Assembly (NCBI GenBank): GCA_031255515.1
Contig: JAIRSI010000063.1
Span: forward strand, 1,239 to 65,238
DNA from: Oscillospiraceae bacterium
Lineage (GTDB): Bacteria; Bacillota; Clostridia; Oscillospirales; Acutalibacteraceae
DNA: 64,000 nt
Direction of reading: 5' to 3'
The notes under the pieces are model-generated. The model saw nothing but the letters and a program-made list of their open reading frames with translations. It did not search any database and had not been told where the DNA came from. Each line of letters starts with the position of its first letter. Position 1 is the stretch's first letter. Position numbers and translations under genes: made by a program. This document shows positions 23,407 to 33,999 of the stretch, one piece after another.

Positions 23407-24852
23407 ATGAAAAAATTGTTATCCGCATTTGCAGCATTTTTGATTTTTGCTAGTGTTCCTGTTTCAGCAGTAACTCCGCAATGTGTCACGGATTTTATGC
23501 AAACTGATTCCATGAAAAACGCAGATTTTGCTCTGATCGTTAAAGACATGGAAACGGGTGAAATTGTTTATGACTACAACATTAAAAACAGCGTAGTTCC
23601 TGCATCCACTCTAAAAACTGTAACAACAGCAACCGCTTTAGAAATCTTCGGAGCAGATTATCGTTACGAAACACTTTTGCAGTATGATGGCGAAATTAAA
23701 GATGGTGTTTTGCATGGGAATATTCATATAAAAGGTAGCGGTGATCCAAGTCTAGGCTCGGAATATTTTGAAAACCAAACAAAATTTTTAGATGACTGGG
23801 CTGAAGCGATTCAAAAATTAGGAATTAAAAAAATAACAGGTAGAGTAATTGCAGATGAGAGTATATTTGATAATCAGGGAACACACCCAAGATGGCAAGC
23901 CGAAGATTTAGGATTAGGTTATGGCGCTGGTAGTTACGGAATTAATATTTTTGATAATAGATATAGGCTTTATCTTAAATCAGGTGAAGTTGGGAGTAAG
24001 CCAACGATTGAGAAGACTGCTCCTGAAATGAAATTTAATTTTATTAATACACTTACTGTTTCAAACAATGCAATAGGCGGCTCCATTTTCGGTGTACCAT
24101 TTTCAAATGAGCGTTACTTGAATGGTAGTTTATCACCTAATTCGTCCAAGATTGTCTATGGTGATATATCTGATCCAGCCGTTTATGTGGCAAATTTATT
24201 AACAGATAAAATTGAAAATATCGGTATTTCAACTAAGGAAATGCCAACTTGCAGCAGACTTTTAATTCAATCGGGCAAATCATTGCCACAAGAAAGAAAA
24301 CATATTACAACAACATATTCTCCTGCTTTGGGCGAAATTGTTAAAGTCACAAACTATTTTAGTCGTAATCTATACGCTGACGCTCTCTTAAAAACAATCG
24401 GAACTTTACATCCGAAAACGGACAAACCGTTAACTTCTTTTGAAAAAGGTATCAATATTTTAAAAAAACTATGGCATTGCGAAAAAGGAATAGATTGCTC
24501 TTTAATTCTTTACGATGGCAGCGGATTGGCACCAGTGAACAGAGTAACTGCCACTTTCGTTAGTGAGATTTTAGAATACATGGCAACCAAATCTGTTCAT
24601 TCAGAAGCTTTTATAAATTCTTTCCCTATGGCAGGAGTAAATGGCACAGCTAATAATTTTCTTCGTGGTACTTGTTTACAAGGTAAAGCAGCACTTAAAA
24701 GTGGATGGATGACCGGTGTGCAATGTTACGCTGGTTACATTACCAGAGACCGCAAAAAATATATCGTTGGAGTGTTTGCAAATAATTATCATTGCAATAC
24801 ACTAGAAATTAATAAAGCCATAGAAAATATTTTATTAAATTTATTCTCTTAA
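23407..24852 (+). CDS. dacB: D-alanyl-D-alanine carboxypeptidase/endopeptidase, PBP4 family (peptidase S13)
   Basis: Signal peptide, SxxK (ASTLK), GSGDPSL, DGSGL and KSG motifs in PBP4 order. Confidence 0.85.
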   Translation: MKKLLSAFAAFLIFASVPVSAVTPQCVTDFMQTDSMKNADFALIVKDMETGEIVYDYNIKNSVVPASTLKTVTTATALEIFGADYRYETLLQYDGEIKDGVLHGNIHIKGSGDPSLGSEYFENQTKFLDDWAEAIQKLGIKKITGRVIADESIFDNQGTHPRWQAEDLGLGYGAGSYGINIFDNRYRLYLKSGEVGSKPTIEKTAPEMKFNFINTLTVSNNAIGGSIFGVPFSNERYLNGSLSPNSSKIVYGDISDPAVYVANLLTDKIENIGISTKEMPTCSRLLIQSGKSLPQERKHITTTYSPALGEIVKVTNYFSRNLYADALLKTIGTLHPKTDKPLTSFEKGINILKKLWHCEKGIDCSLILYDGSGLAPVNRVTATFVSEILEYMATKSVHSEAFINSFPMAGVNGTANNFLRGTCLQGKAALKSGWMTGVQCYAGYITRDRKKYIVGVFANNYHCNTLEINKAIENILLNLFS

Positions 24853-25162
24853 GATGAAAAAACTGTTACAGCAATAGGCAGATATTGCGAAAGTGGCGAT
24901 AGACTTGCCGAAAATATTACTTTAAAACACCGTTGATTGGAGATGTTCTGGCGCAAAAAATACAGAAGCATACACTTTTGTAAAATCCATGAATTACAGC
25001 AAAATACCGTCCTGCAGTGCTTTTATTAAAATCGGATGGAACTATTGAAATTATGATAAGGTGCCAAAATTATGCGGATTTATTAGCTTTAGAATTGAAT
25101 TAATAATTTTTTTCAAAGCATTTAAATACGTCCCAGAGCTTTTAATAAACTCTATGGGCTTT

Positions 25163-26194
25163 TTATTCTACAATTGGTTGCGCAATAATTATTTTTTCGT
25201 TTTTAATTTGTAATTTTGCTCCGATTGGTAGTGTTAAAGGATTTGGGATATGTCCTGAATGGAAATTATAAATAACTGGAATTTTTAAATCTTTCATAAC
25301 ATCAAAGCAGGCATTTAAAAGCCCTTCTTCTGTTTCGCCTTCGTTAGGTGTTATTGCGCCAATTATTATTCCTGAAATTTCATTTAATCTTCCTGCCAGT
25401 TTTAGCTGCCAAAGGATTCTGTGAACTCTGTAATCATTTTCTTCTATTTCTTCAAAAAACAGAATTTTATCTTTATAGCTAGGTTCATATTGTGTGCCAA
25501 TTAAACATTGAATTAAGCACATATTACCACCGAAAACCTGCGCCTCGCAATTTCCTGATTTGAACACTTTAAATGGAGTGTTATCATCAATGTTGTATAA
25601 TTCTGTTTGTGGTTTTGGATTCATAAGCATATCAAATAAATTATTAAAACATAAAGTTTCTTTCCAGTTTGGTTCTTTGCCCATCATTGGTCCGTGGAAG
25701 GTTACAATTCCTGATTTTTCAAAAATTGCTGATGATATTGCAGTTATATCACTGTATCCAACAAAAATTTTCCTGTTTTCTCTAAACGCTTCATAGTCTA
25801 TTTTATCAAGAAGATGCATTGCACCATATCCGCCCCAAATTGCAAAAATAGCATTTATATTTGGATCTTTCACGGCTTTGTTAAATAAATCCGCTCTTAG
25901 TTGTTCTGTTTCGTCACCGAGCTGAAGCGGTGAGGCTGTAAAGGCTTCTTCATATACAACTACATTAAAACCTCTTTTTTCTAAATCTTTTGTTATTTCA
26001 GAAATACGTTCTTTAAATAATTTTATCCGATAAGAAGTTGCCCTACAAGGTGATAGCACGCATATTGTGTCGCCTTCTTTTAAGGCTTTTGGTACTAGTA
26101 TTTCTCCATCAAATGCAGAAGCTCGCAGGCTAAAAAAACAAATCACCGAAAAAATTGCTGCAAATGTTGTTAGTGCCTTGATTTTGAAATTCAT
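25163..26194 (-). CDS. Peptidase S66 (LD-carboxypeptidase/MccF family) with N-terminal signal peptide
   Basis: GGYGAMHLL, GYSDITA (nucleophile Ser) and FHSGH motifs; hydrophobic N-terminus ending SLRASAF. Confidence 0.8.
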   Translation of the reverse strand: MNFKIKALTTFAAIFSVICFFSLRASAFDGEILVPKALKEGDTICVLSPCRATSYRIKLFKERISEITKDLEKRGFNVVVYEEAFTASPLQLGDETEQLRADLFNKAVKDPNINAIFAIWGGYGAMHLLDKIDYEAFRENRKIFVGYSDITAISSAIFEKSGIVTFHGPMMGKEPNWKETLCFNNLFDMLMNPKPQTELYNIDDNTPFKVFKSGNCEAQVFGGNMCLIQCLIGTQYEPSYKDKILFFEEIEENDYRVHRILWQLKLAGRLNEISGIIIGAITPNEGETEEGLLNACFDVMKDLKIPVIYNFHSGHIPNPLTLPIGAKLQIKNEKIIIAQPIVE

Positions 26195-26242
26195 AATGTT
26201 TCACTCCTTTAAGATTGTTGTTTTTTAAAATTTGAAATCCAT

Positions 26243-26472
26243 TTAAGCCGCCTTTTCCAAATTCGCTTCTTCGTCTATTGGACTAATTTCAGCAAAATAT
26301 TTTGCAAAGATTTCATCAAACGTAGTTTTGCCAGAGTTTCAGGTGGACCGTAAAAAACTAAATTTACAGCATTTTGGGATTATATAATTTTTCGCAGGTC
26401 TTGTTTTCACCTAAAATACGATTTCTTCTATACTTTTAGGTCTCTAAGTAAATAAACTAACGGTTTGTTCAT
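26243..26472 (-). pseudogene. AAA+ ATPase N-terminal remnant
   Basis: VFYGPP then, after a frameshift, SGKTTFDEIFAKYF (split Walker A). In-frame stops occur earlier and only about 75 codons remain. Confidence 0.4.
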
Positions 26473-26489
26473 TTTTCACCCCAATGTTT

Positions 26490-26960
26490 TTAAATATTTC
26501 TCTTTTCTAAATCAAGCAAATATTTTTTGACGTGTAAGCCGAATGCGTATCCGACTAAAGAATTATTACTGCCCACAACTCGGTGGCAAGGAATTATTAT
26601 ACAAATAGGATTTTTATTATTTGCAAGACCAACAGCTCTGCAAGCTTTTGGTGAATTTATTTTTTCAGCAATCTCTTTATAAGTTTGAGTTTTACCATAA
26701 GGAATAAGTTTTAGAGCATCCCAAACTTTGTTTTGAAATTCTGTGCCTTTCATAGACAACGGTACATCAAAATTTTTTCTTTTACCTTTGAAATATTCTC
26801 TCAGTTGCTTTGAAGTTTCCAGGATTAACGCAGTTTCTTCTTCAATGTAATCATTAAAGCAATCCTTATTCTTAAAAGAAACTTCTGATATTCCAATACC
26901 ATCATCTGTAATACTTATCTCGCCTATATCATAAGAATAACGCCATATCTTTTTATCCAT
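26490..26960 (-). CDS. ogt: Methylated-DNA--protein-cysteine methyltransferase (Ogt/MGMT)
   Basis: TEFQNKVW, YGKTQTYKEIA and the IIPCHRVV active site. ATG 26960 is more likely than the TTG at 26987. Confidence 0.9.
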   Translation of the reverse strand: MDKKIWRYSYDIGEISITDDGIGISEVSFKNKDCFNDYIEEETALILETSKQLREYFKGKRKNFDVPLSMKGTEFQNKVWDALKLIPYGKTQTYKEIAEKINSPKACRAVGLANNKNPICIIIPCHRVVGSNNSLVGYAFGLHVKKYLLDLEKRNI

Positions 26961-27021
26961 ATTAAATATTCTCACCACATTGAGCAAAATAGGACTAACA
27001 GAATTTATTCGCTAAGTTTAT

Positions 27022-27732
27022 TTAGTGACAACATCTAAATTGTTTTTGCACTATTTTTGAGTCTAAAGATTTCAAACAAATATTAAAATCATTTTCAGAA
27101 CAAATCGAAAAAATATAGTTATCATCTAATTCATAAGATTTTGCTAAATATTGCTTATTTAAATTTTTATCGTATACATTGAATTCGTTTGTACTGTGTT
27201 GGGATTTTTCAACTGAAAAATAATTAAAACCCTTGGTTAAACCAACACCCTGAAGTTTTGTATAACTTTCCTTTATAGTCCAAATATTATAAAATCGCTT
27301 TAATGATGCAATTGATTTAGCGCCAAATACGTAATTTTTTTCTGAATTTTCAAAATATCGATTCGCAATTTTATTATAGTTAAAATCTTTTATAATTTCA
27401 ATGTCAGCTCCAACAAGTTCCGAACTAAACGCCACTATTATATAATTTCCAGAATGAGAAATGCTAAAATGGGTATTTGGAAAATTTTCAATATAAGGTT
27501 TGCCCAATTTATCGTAATTCATATGTATCTCTGCATTATTTAAAGAAAAACTTTCTATAAAAAATTGTCTTACAATGATTTCAGCGCAAAGCGACCTGTT
27601 ATAATCAGCATCACTTTTGAAAAGGTTTAACTTGTCTCTTTTTTCTTTAGAAATGTATTTAAAAAAATCGTGAACATACCTTTTGTCCAAATCACTAATT
27701 TTTGTAAAACATATAAAAACTTCATTTTTCAT
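27022..27732 (-). CDS. 4'-phosphopantetheinyl transferase, Sfp type
   Basis: FSISHSGNYIIVAF, VGADIE and WTIKESYTKLQGVGL align with Sfp motifs. Confidence 0.9.
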   Translation of the reverse strand: MKNEVFICFTKISDLDKRYVHDFFKYISKEKRDKLNLFKSDADYNRSLCAEIIVRQFFIESFSLNNAEIHMNYDKLGKPYIENFPNTHFSISHSGNYIIVAFSSELVGADIEIIKDFNYNKIANRYFENSEKNYVFGAKSIASLKRFYNIWTIKESYTKLQGVGLTKGFNYFSVEKSQHSTNEFNVYDKNLNKQYLAKSYELDDNYIFSICSENDFNICLKSLDSKIVQKQFRCCH

Positions 27733-27743
27733 AGATTTATTTT

Positions 27744-28676
27744 TTAAAGGCTATCCTCCTCTTTAACTATTTCATGACACAAATTTCTTTCTAAATTCGC
27801 AATAATAAGCAGTTCTTTTTTTATCTTTGAAATCAATTCTAGTTTTTTAGATATAATGATTTTGATAAACATATTCTTAACTAATTCCCATTTGATATGA
27901 ATATTACTCATAGCATTAATATATTTATCTGGCCATCTTAAATACTCGAAAAGGCATTTTGTGTTGTATCTTCCATTAGCTATTGTTCTTAACTTTCTTA
28001 CCAGAAGCGCATTTGATGAATAACTTGGATCATTTGTAAGTTTCTCGATTGAATCTACAACATCTAACCAGTTACTAAATTTTTCAATTGAATTATAAAT
28101 TTCGTTTTTATTGTTATATTTTAAGATATCAAAATACCTATCCCTTACTAAAACAGGAGTAATTTCATTTTGAATATGTTGAGCTATCTTCACAGAAAAA
28201 CATTGATCTATATTAAATTCATTTAAATTTTCCAAATCGACAATATCGTCTGAATAAAATGAATCGGTTACATTTATTATTTTTTTTACAGAATCGTATT
28301 TTACCGTAAAAGTGTGCGGCCACGATACTCTCGGGACTTCTGAATTCCAGGGCAAATTATATGCGTTTGATGTAATTAATACAATATTACCATCAATCAA
28401 TAAATTAGTTATATCTGTGGCGTCATTATTGACAGCATTACAAACTAAACCTAAGTATAACTTTGCAAATTCAAAATAGTGTTCAGCGCACACATCGAAA
28501 TTGGAGTAATAATGAATGTTATCGGCTAATATGGGTGCAGTTGTTTTAAATCCCAAATCCCACGAAAATAAAAATAAAGGTCTAAAGTCGATTTTAAAAT
28601 GGTCGCATAAATTCGCCATAGCATTTTCCACACAACAGTGTGTTATATATCGTTTCACTAAGATGTGATCATTCAT
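27744..28676 (-). CDS. BtrH_N-like (papain/C39-fold) putative carrier-protein-dependent acyl/aminoacyl transferase, copy 2
   Basis: N-terminal Cys motif THCCVENAMANL, later WPHTF His, size about 310 aa. ATG 28676 is preceded by GAGGAA (ORF track starts at 28751). Paralogue of 45514-46476. Confidence 0.45.
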   Translation of the reverse strand: MNDHILVKRYITHCCVENAMANLCDHFKIDFRPLFLFSWDLGFKTTAPILADNIHYYSNFDVCAEHYFEFAKLYLGLVCNAVNNDATDITNLLIDGNIVLITSNAYNLPWNSEVPRVSWPHTFTVKYDSVKKIINVTDSFYSDDIVDLENLNEFNIDQCFSVKIAQHIQNEITPVLVRDRYFDILKYNNKNEIYNSIEKFSNWLDVVDSIEKLTNDPSYSSNALLVRKLRTIANGRYNTKCLFEYLRWPDKYINAMSNIHIKWELVKNMFIKIIISKKLELISKIKKELLIIANLERNLCHEIVKEEDSL

Positions 28677-28695
28677 AACAATTTCCTCGCTTTCA

Positions 28696-30486
28696 TCATT
28701 TATACCAACCGGATTGCGCATTATACATTTCAGCATATACTCCATCGTCATTTAAAAGTTTATCATGATCGCCCATCTCAGTTATTTCCCCATCTTTCAT
28801 AACAATAATGCGTTCTGCTATTTTTGCTGATCCCATACGATGTGTGACTATTATTGCTGTTTTATCTTCTGAAATTTTCATAAATTTTTTGTATATTGCA
28901 CTTTCTTCAATCGGATCAATTGCTGCTGTTGGCTCATCTAAAACTATTATATCACTATCACGATAAAGTCCTCTCGCGATAGCAATTCTTTGCCACTGTC
29001 CACCGGACAAGTCGATGCCGTCGAATTCGCGTGAAAGCATCGTATCAAGCCCATTCGGGAATATATCTTTGTTTTTTACGTTTATGCTGTTTTGTTCAAG
29101 TGTTTCTTCAACTTTATTCTCGTTACATTCATTTTTCAAATCCGATATTTGCACGTTTTCTTTCAAAGTCAAGGCATATCTTTGATATTTTTGAAAAACT
29201 CCTGAAACTTTCTCGAAAAGAGATCTATAACTTGTAGTATTTACATCTGTTTTACCAATTTTTACACTACCGTTTGTGGGCTTATATAATCCTGTAAGAA
29301 GTTTTACAAGCGTTGTTTTCCCAGCACCGTTTTCACCTACAATCGCAATTGTTTCACCCGGTTTTATTGTCAGATTTATGTTTTTAAGTGCGTCTTTATT
29401 GGCATTAGGATATCTAAAATTTGCATTTTCTATCACTATATTATCTCTTTTATTTATTTTTAGGTTTGGTCTGTTATCAGAAGGTATAATTAAAAATCTG
29501 AGAAAATTCCGTATTAATTCAAAATTATCTGCATGAGTTCCTATGCGTGATGTAAATTCTTCCATAATACCAAAAAGCATACCTATCGAGCTATAAACTG
29601 CTGCAAACGCTCCAATGGATATTTCTCCGTCAAGTAGGTTTTTTAACAATAAAAGCAATACTCCACCATAACCAATGAACGAAAGAGTATTAAGCCCCAA
29701 ATCTATCAACGCACTCCTCTTGCCTGCATCCCAAATTGCAGCATTTAGAGAATAAACTGTGTTTTCAATTAATTTTTTAAAATATCTAAAAGAACCTAGG
29801 TTTCTTGTTTCTTTATAGAAATTTTTACCACTTGCTGCATCTTGGTATGCCTCAAATTCTCGTCTGATTGGTGCAGCCTTATCCTCAAGTTTTGAAAACA
29901 CGGATGAACGTAAGATATGAGCAGTTATTGCAGGCACAAAAACAAATAAAAGACATAATATAAGCGTTGATTTAAGGCTTACTAAATAAAATCCCATAAA
30001 TATAAAAAATGTTACGTAACGAGTTATAAGACCAGATGTAAAGAAACAAAAAATCACTGCAGGCTCCGCGCCTTTTATAGCTTTATTTATATCGTCTAGA
30101 CGTTTTGGATTTTCATATTCTACAGGATCAATTAATCCCGATTTTTTATTTATTTTACTGTTTAAATAACCAAGAATTTTTGCAATCTGAACGTTCCAAG
30201 AAAAACTGTTCATAGCATTTGTAATATCATTTGCCAACTTAAAAGAAACATATATTATAAGTGCAGTTATTGCACTATAAAAAGTGCTTTTCCTAAGAGA
30301 AGCATTGTATACAGTGTCAAAAAACATTTGCGTAATCATAACATTCATACCAACAAAAACATTTAGTAACATACTTAGAATTTGTTTATAAACGAAATAT
30401 CCGGGCTGTGGCTTATAACACATGGGATATATTTTTTTTATCATATAAAAAAAGTTTATGGAATCTTTTGTTTTATTTTTAAGCAT
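28696..30486 (-). CDS. ABC exporter, fused permease-ATPase (half transporter B)
   Basis: N-terminal hydrophobic permease region with multiple predicted TM helices; Walker A GENGAGKTT, signature LSGGQWQR, Walker B IIVLDEPT. ATG 30486 overlaps the upstream stop. Confidence 0.9.
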   Translation of the reverse strand: MLKNKTKDSINFFYMIKKIYPMCYKPQPGYFVYKQILSMLLNVFVGMNVMITQMFFDTVYNASLRKSTFYSAITALIIYVSFKLANDITNAMNSFSWNVQIAKILGYLNSKINKKSGLIDPVEYENPKRLDDINKAIKGAEPAVIFCFFTSGLITRYVTFFIFMGFYLVSLKSTLILCLLFVFVPAITAHILRSSVFSKLEDKAAPIRREFEAYQDAASGKNFYKETRNLGSFRYFKKLIENTVYSLNAAIWDAGKRSALIDLGLNTLSFIGYGGVLLLLLKNLLDGEISIGAFAAVYSSIGMLFGIMEEFTSRIGTHADNFELIRNFLRFLIIPSDNRPNLKINKRDNIVIENANFRYPNANKDALKNINLTIKPGETIAIVGENGAGKTTLVKLLTGLYKPTNGSVKIGKTDVNTTSYRSLFEKVSGVFQKYQRYALTLKENVQISDLKNECNENKVEETLEQNSINVKNKDIFPNGLDTMLSREFDGIDLSGGQWQRIAIARGLYRDSDIIVLDEPTAAIDPIEESAIYKKFMKISEDKTAIIVTHRMGSAKIAERIIVMKDGEITEMGDHDKLLNDDGVYAEMYNAQSGWYK

Positions 30487-32359
30487 AAACTCCACCACCA
30501 TTTTTCTTTTTGCTTTTGTCATCTTCTTTGTTTTCTTTATACCATTCAGACTGACTTTTAAACATTTCAGCATAAATAGTATCTTTTGCCATAAGTTCAT
30601 CGAATGATCCAATCTCCACAGCTTTACCTTCTGATATAACTATTATCTCATCTGCAAGTTTAGTCAAACCCAATCTATGACTTGTAAATATAGTTATCCC
30701 AGTAGATTTGTTTTTTTGATTATGATTGATTATTTCTTTAAATTGTTCATAAACTTTGCTTTCTGATATGGGATCAAGTTCAGTGGTGGGTTCATCTAAT
30801 ATTTTTAAAGGTGCAGGATTCACAATAAGCCGTGCAAGTGCAATCTTTTGCCACTCACCACCAGATAAATCAATGCCACCTTCTTTTACTTTTGTTATCG
30901 GAGTCTCATATTTTTTAGGTAGTTTTTCCACAATTCTGGAAAGCCCAATGATATTTACAGCATTTTCAATTCTTTCGCAATCTTGTATATTGTTAACGTT
31001 TCCTATTGCGATGTTATTATAAAAATCAAGTGGATAGCGACAAAAATCTTGATATACAGTTGCAGAAAGAGCTTTTATTTCAGACTGCTCATATTCTCTT
31101 AATTCTTTGCCATTAATAAATATTTCGCCCTCATAATCCTCATATAATCTTGTTAACAATTTTGTAAGAGTTGTCTTTCCTGCTCCATTCATTCCTACAA
31201 TAGAATAATGTTTTCCGGAAACTAGCTTTATATTGATATTTTTTAGTATGTAAGATTGTGTTCCAGGATATTTAAAACTTACGTTTTTAAACTCTATTGA
31301 TTTTAATTTAATTATACTTGTATCTGGTAGACAATCGGAATTTTCATCTTCTTCAAATTCAATAAATTTATTTAAATCTTTTAGATATTCAGTCTTATGT
31401 TTGAAATCTGATACATGTGTTGAAATAGCCCATTGTAATTGCTGGCTAAACCCAAATATAGCATTTACAAGAGAGGTAAACATGCCTATAGTCAATTTAA
31501 TATTTCCACTTGCGTCTGGGAATATAGCCAAGGGTAACAATATTAAAATAACAATTACGCCACTTATTAGAACAAGCATTCCTGAAGCTGTTCTGCTAAT
31601 CCACGCTTTTCGGTCTACTTTTTTACGAGCAATTCTTGATACTTCATATTTATTAATATACTCTTGATTCATTTTTTCTGTATATCCATAGGTATAACGT
31701 TCTTCTATCGTATCTCTGCTTGTTAAAATTCCAGAAATGTATGCAGCCTTTCTATCAATTTTTGTCATTTCTTTATCTACATCATATTTTTTTTTGCCAA
31801 ACTTATGCGATATCACAAATGATGGTATACAAGTCACAACAAAGACAAGTGATGCCCACCATAGTTGCATTCCCAAAACTATAACAAACCCTACAATCTG
31901 TGCAATAATCCCCCAAGCATTAAAAATTTGATCAAAAAAACCTTGCAGGTTTACTTCTAAATTTACTGTGGCACGATTTATCACATCAACACTTTTCTGA
32001 TGTTCATAGTATTTAAATTTGATAGCTGCTTTCTTATCAGCAACTGCCAGAGCAACGAATTTTCTTATTTTGTTTCCTGCATTCGTATTTATTAAATTCA
32101 CCATTATTTTTACATAATAATTAAACAAAAGTATTGCAATGATTGCACCAAGAGGGAAAAATACTTTACTCAATTTACTATGATCTTCAACCGCTGCTAC
32201 AGCATTATCCAAAAACTTTGCAGTCATTATAATGTTTAATGTAGGTATAACCGATCCAATAATATTATTTATTGTTTTTATTATAACTGCGCCGGGAGCG
32301 AGTTTGAAATATAAAATTAATATAGTCAGGTAATTATACTTCTTTTTGCCAAACAGCAT
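30479..32359 (-). CDS. ABC exporter, fused permease-ATPase (half transporter A)
   Basis: Walker A GMNGAGKTT, signature LSGGEWQK, Walker B LKILDEPT, N-terminal TM domain; GGAGAG RBS. Confidence 0.9.
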   Translation of the reverse strand: MLFGKKKYNYLTILILYFKLAPGAVIIKTINNIIGSVIPTLNIIMTAKFLDNAVAAVEDHSKLSKVFFPLGAIIAILLFNYYVKIMVNLINTNAGNKIRKFVALAVADKKAAIKFKYYEHQKSVDVINRATVNLEVNLQGFFDQIFNAWGIIAQIVGFVIVLGMQLWWASLVFVVTCIPSFVISHKFGKKKYDVDKEMTKIDRKAAYISGILTSRDTIEERYTYGYTEKMNQEYINKYEVSRIARKKVDRKAWISRTASGMLVLISGVIVILILLPLAIFPDASGNIKLTIGMFTSLVNAIFGFSQQLQWAISTHVSDFKHKTEYLKDLNKFIEFEEDENSDCLPDTSIIKLKSIEFKNVSFKYPGTQSYILKNINIKLVSGKHYSIVGMNGAGKTTLTKLLTRLYEDYEGEIFINGKELREYEQSEIKALSATVYQDFCRYPLDFYNNIAIGNVNNIQDCERIENAVNIIGLSRIVEKLPKKYETPITKVKEGGIDLSGGEWQKIALARLIVNPAPLKILDEPTTELDPISESKVYEQFKEIINHNQKNKSTGITIFTSHRLGLTKLADEIIVISEGKAVEIGSFDELMAKDTIYAEMFKSQSEWYKENKEDDKSKKKNGGGVYA

Positions 32360-32433
32360 AAATTCTACTCTCCTTGAAAATGATTTTAGAATTAAACGTA
32401 ATTTGATAATATACGGACTTGTATGACTTTCTA

Positions 32434-32462
32434 ATGTTACGCTATCCTTTACACGATATCAA
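32434..32462 (-). promoter_or_regulatory. Possible internal sigma-A promoter ahead of the ABC exporter genes
   Basis: TTGATA-17 nt-TAACAT on the minus strand, inside the only sizeable (118 nt) gap in the operon. Confidence 0.3.
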
Positions 32463-32477
32463 ATCAAATATACACCA

Positions 32478-33350
32478 TTACATTACTTTTTCTTGTTGTG
32501 TTAATTTCTTGCTTAATGTACCCTTGCTTAACATAATGTTAAACACTGCTGATAATTGATTCGTTAAAAAATGATAAACGCCATTTTCATTATTATCAAA
32601 ATCCGTTACACAATCAGCCACATCTTTAGCTTCTTTCGCACCATTTATCATGCACACTCCCATTCCAGAGTTTTTTAATAATTCAATATCATTAATAGCA
32701 TCTCCAAAAGAAATAATATTTTCAATAACAATATCATTTTCTTCTGCAACACGCTGAACTGCTATCCACTTGTTAACAGATCCAACGGATATATCAATAA
32801 TATCGTCTCGGCCTCGCCATCCGCAGACAATGATATCATCAAATAATCGTATAACTTTATTTTGCAAGGCCTGTAGAAAATCCGGCGAAACACTAATTAT
32901 TATTCTTTGAACATCAAAAATCTTAGCTAATTTATATCCTATATGGAAAAACGGCAAATTGTGATTAACTATAATTTCATGAAGATACTCATTTTCATTT
33001 GTGAGCAGATATGTTTCATTGCATCGTGATAAAACCACATTGTTAATTTCATAATTTTTTTGATATTTAAGCAAAAACTCTAAAATACTTTCAGCATTGC
33101 TAATATTATTTTGATGTCTTACAATTCCGTTATTCGGATTACAAATAAGTCCTCCATTATGACAAATTAAATCATTTTCTAGATTAAGCACTTTATAATA
33201 CTGATACGCATCTGATACAGAGCGTCCTGTAGCAATGTAAACCACATGTTCTTTTTTGATAAAGTGAATCGCTTGCTGCAATTCATTTGATAGATTATAG
33301 GTATCTGTTATGCTTGTTCCATCTATATCTAATACTAACATCTTTCTCAT
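32478..33350 (-). CDS. HAD-IIB Cof-type phosphatase
   Basis: LVLDIDGT, ATGRS and FGDAINDIELL motifs. ATG 33350 is preceded by AAGGAGG. Confidence 0.85.
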   Translation of the reverse strand: MRKMLVLDIDGTSITDTYNLSNELQQAIHFIKKEHVVYIATGRSVSDAYQYYKVLNLENDLICHNGGLICNPNNGIVRHQNNISNAESILEFLLKYQKNYEINNVVLSRCNETYLLTNENEYLHEIIVNHNLPFFHIGYKLAKIFDVQRIIISVSPDFLQALQNKVIRLFDDIIVCGWRGRDDIIDISVGSVNKWIAVQRVAEENDIVIENIISFGDAINDIELLKNSGMGVCMINGAKEAKDVADCVTDFDNNENGVYHFLTNQLSAVFNIMLSKGTLSKKLTQQEKVM

Positions 33351-33369
33351 GACTAATTTTCCTCCTTTA

Positions 33370-33999
33370 TTATTTATCATTTTTTTCTATTACATAATGG
33401 TTAATAAAATCTGGGTGCCCAAATTTCTCCGAAAAACTTTCAAAAAACGGTATAGGTCTAATTATCTTGTATCTTTTTAATATCAAATTTTGTTTCGATA
33501 ATATGTAATTTTCTTTATCTATAAAACGCAAAAACTCATAAGATTTTTTTCTGTATTCAAGCTGATTTACTGGATTTAAAAGTTGCAACGAGGAAAGAAC
33601 ATCAAAATAGGCAATTTCATTCACTCCAAGATGTTGTGCCAAAAACATATCAAACAATTCTTCCTGTACACCAAATCCGAGTCTAAAACTACTATACGAT
33701 CTCGCGGGATATTGTGAGATATTTAAAAGTTTTTTTAATGCGTCTGGATCAATTGCATCTGGATATAAATATGGAAATAAATCAATAATAGAATCTTGAA
33801 TGTGAAAATCCGCATCTTTATTATTCCAAGACCATGTCTGTATTTTATCGCTAATCATTTTATCATCATATATAATTTTTCCAACTATTTGGAAACTATC
33901 TACACTCATAATTAATTTCTTACCAGATTGAACGAGACTGTTCAAAGTCTCTTTGATAAATGGAGATTCTATATTCCCAATAAACAATGTTTTACTCAT
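33370..33999 (-). CDS. Hypothetical protein (209 aa), no motif recognised
   Basis: Intact ORF whose start overlaps the stop of the upstream deaminase-like ORF. Confidence 0.5.
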   Translation of the reverse strand: MSKTLFIGNIESPFIKETLNSLVQSGKKLIMSVDSFQIVGKIIYDDKMISDKIQTWSWNNKDADFHIQDSIIDLFPYLYPDAIDPDALKKLLNISQYPARSYSSFRLGFGVQEELFDMFLAQHLGVNEIAYFDVLSSLQLLNPVNQLEYRKKSYEFLRFIDKENYILSKQNLILKRYKIIRPIPFFESFSEKFGHPDFINHYVIEKNDK

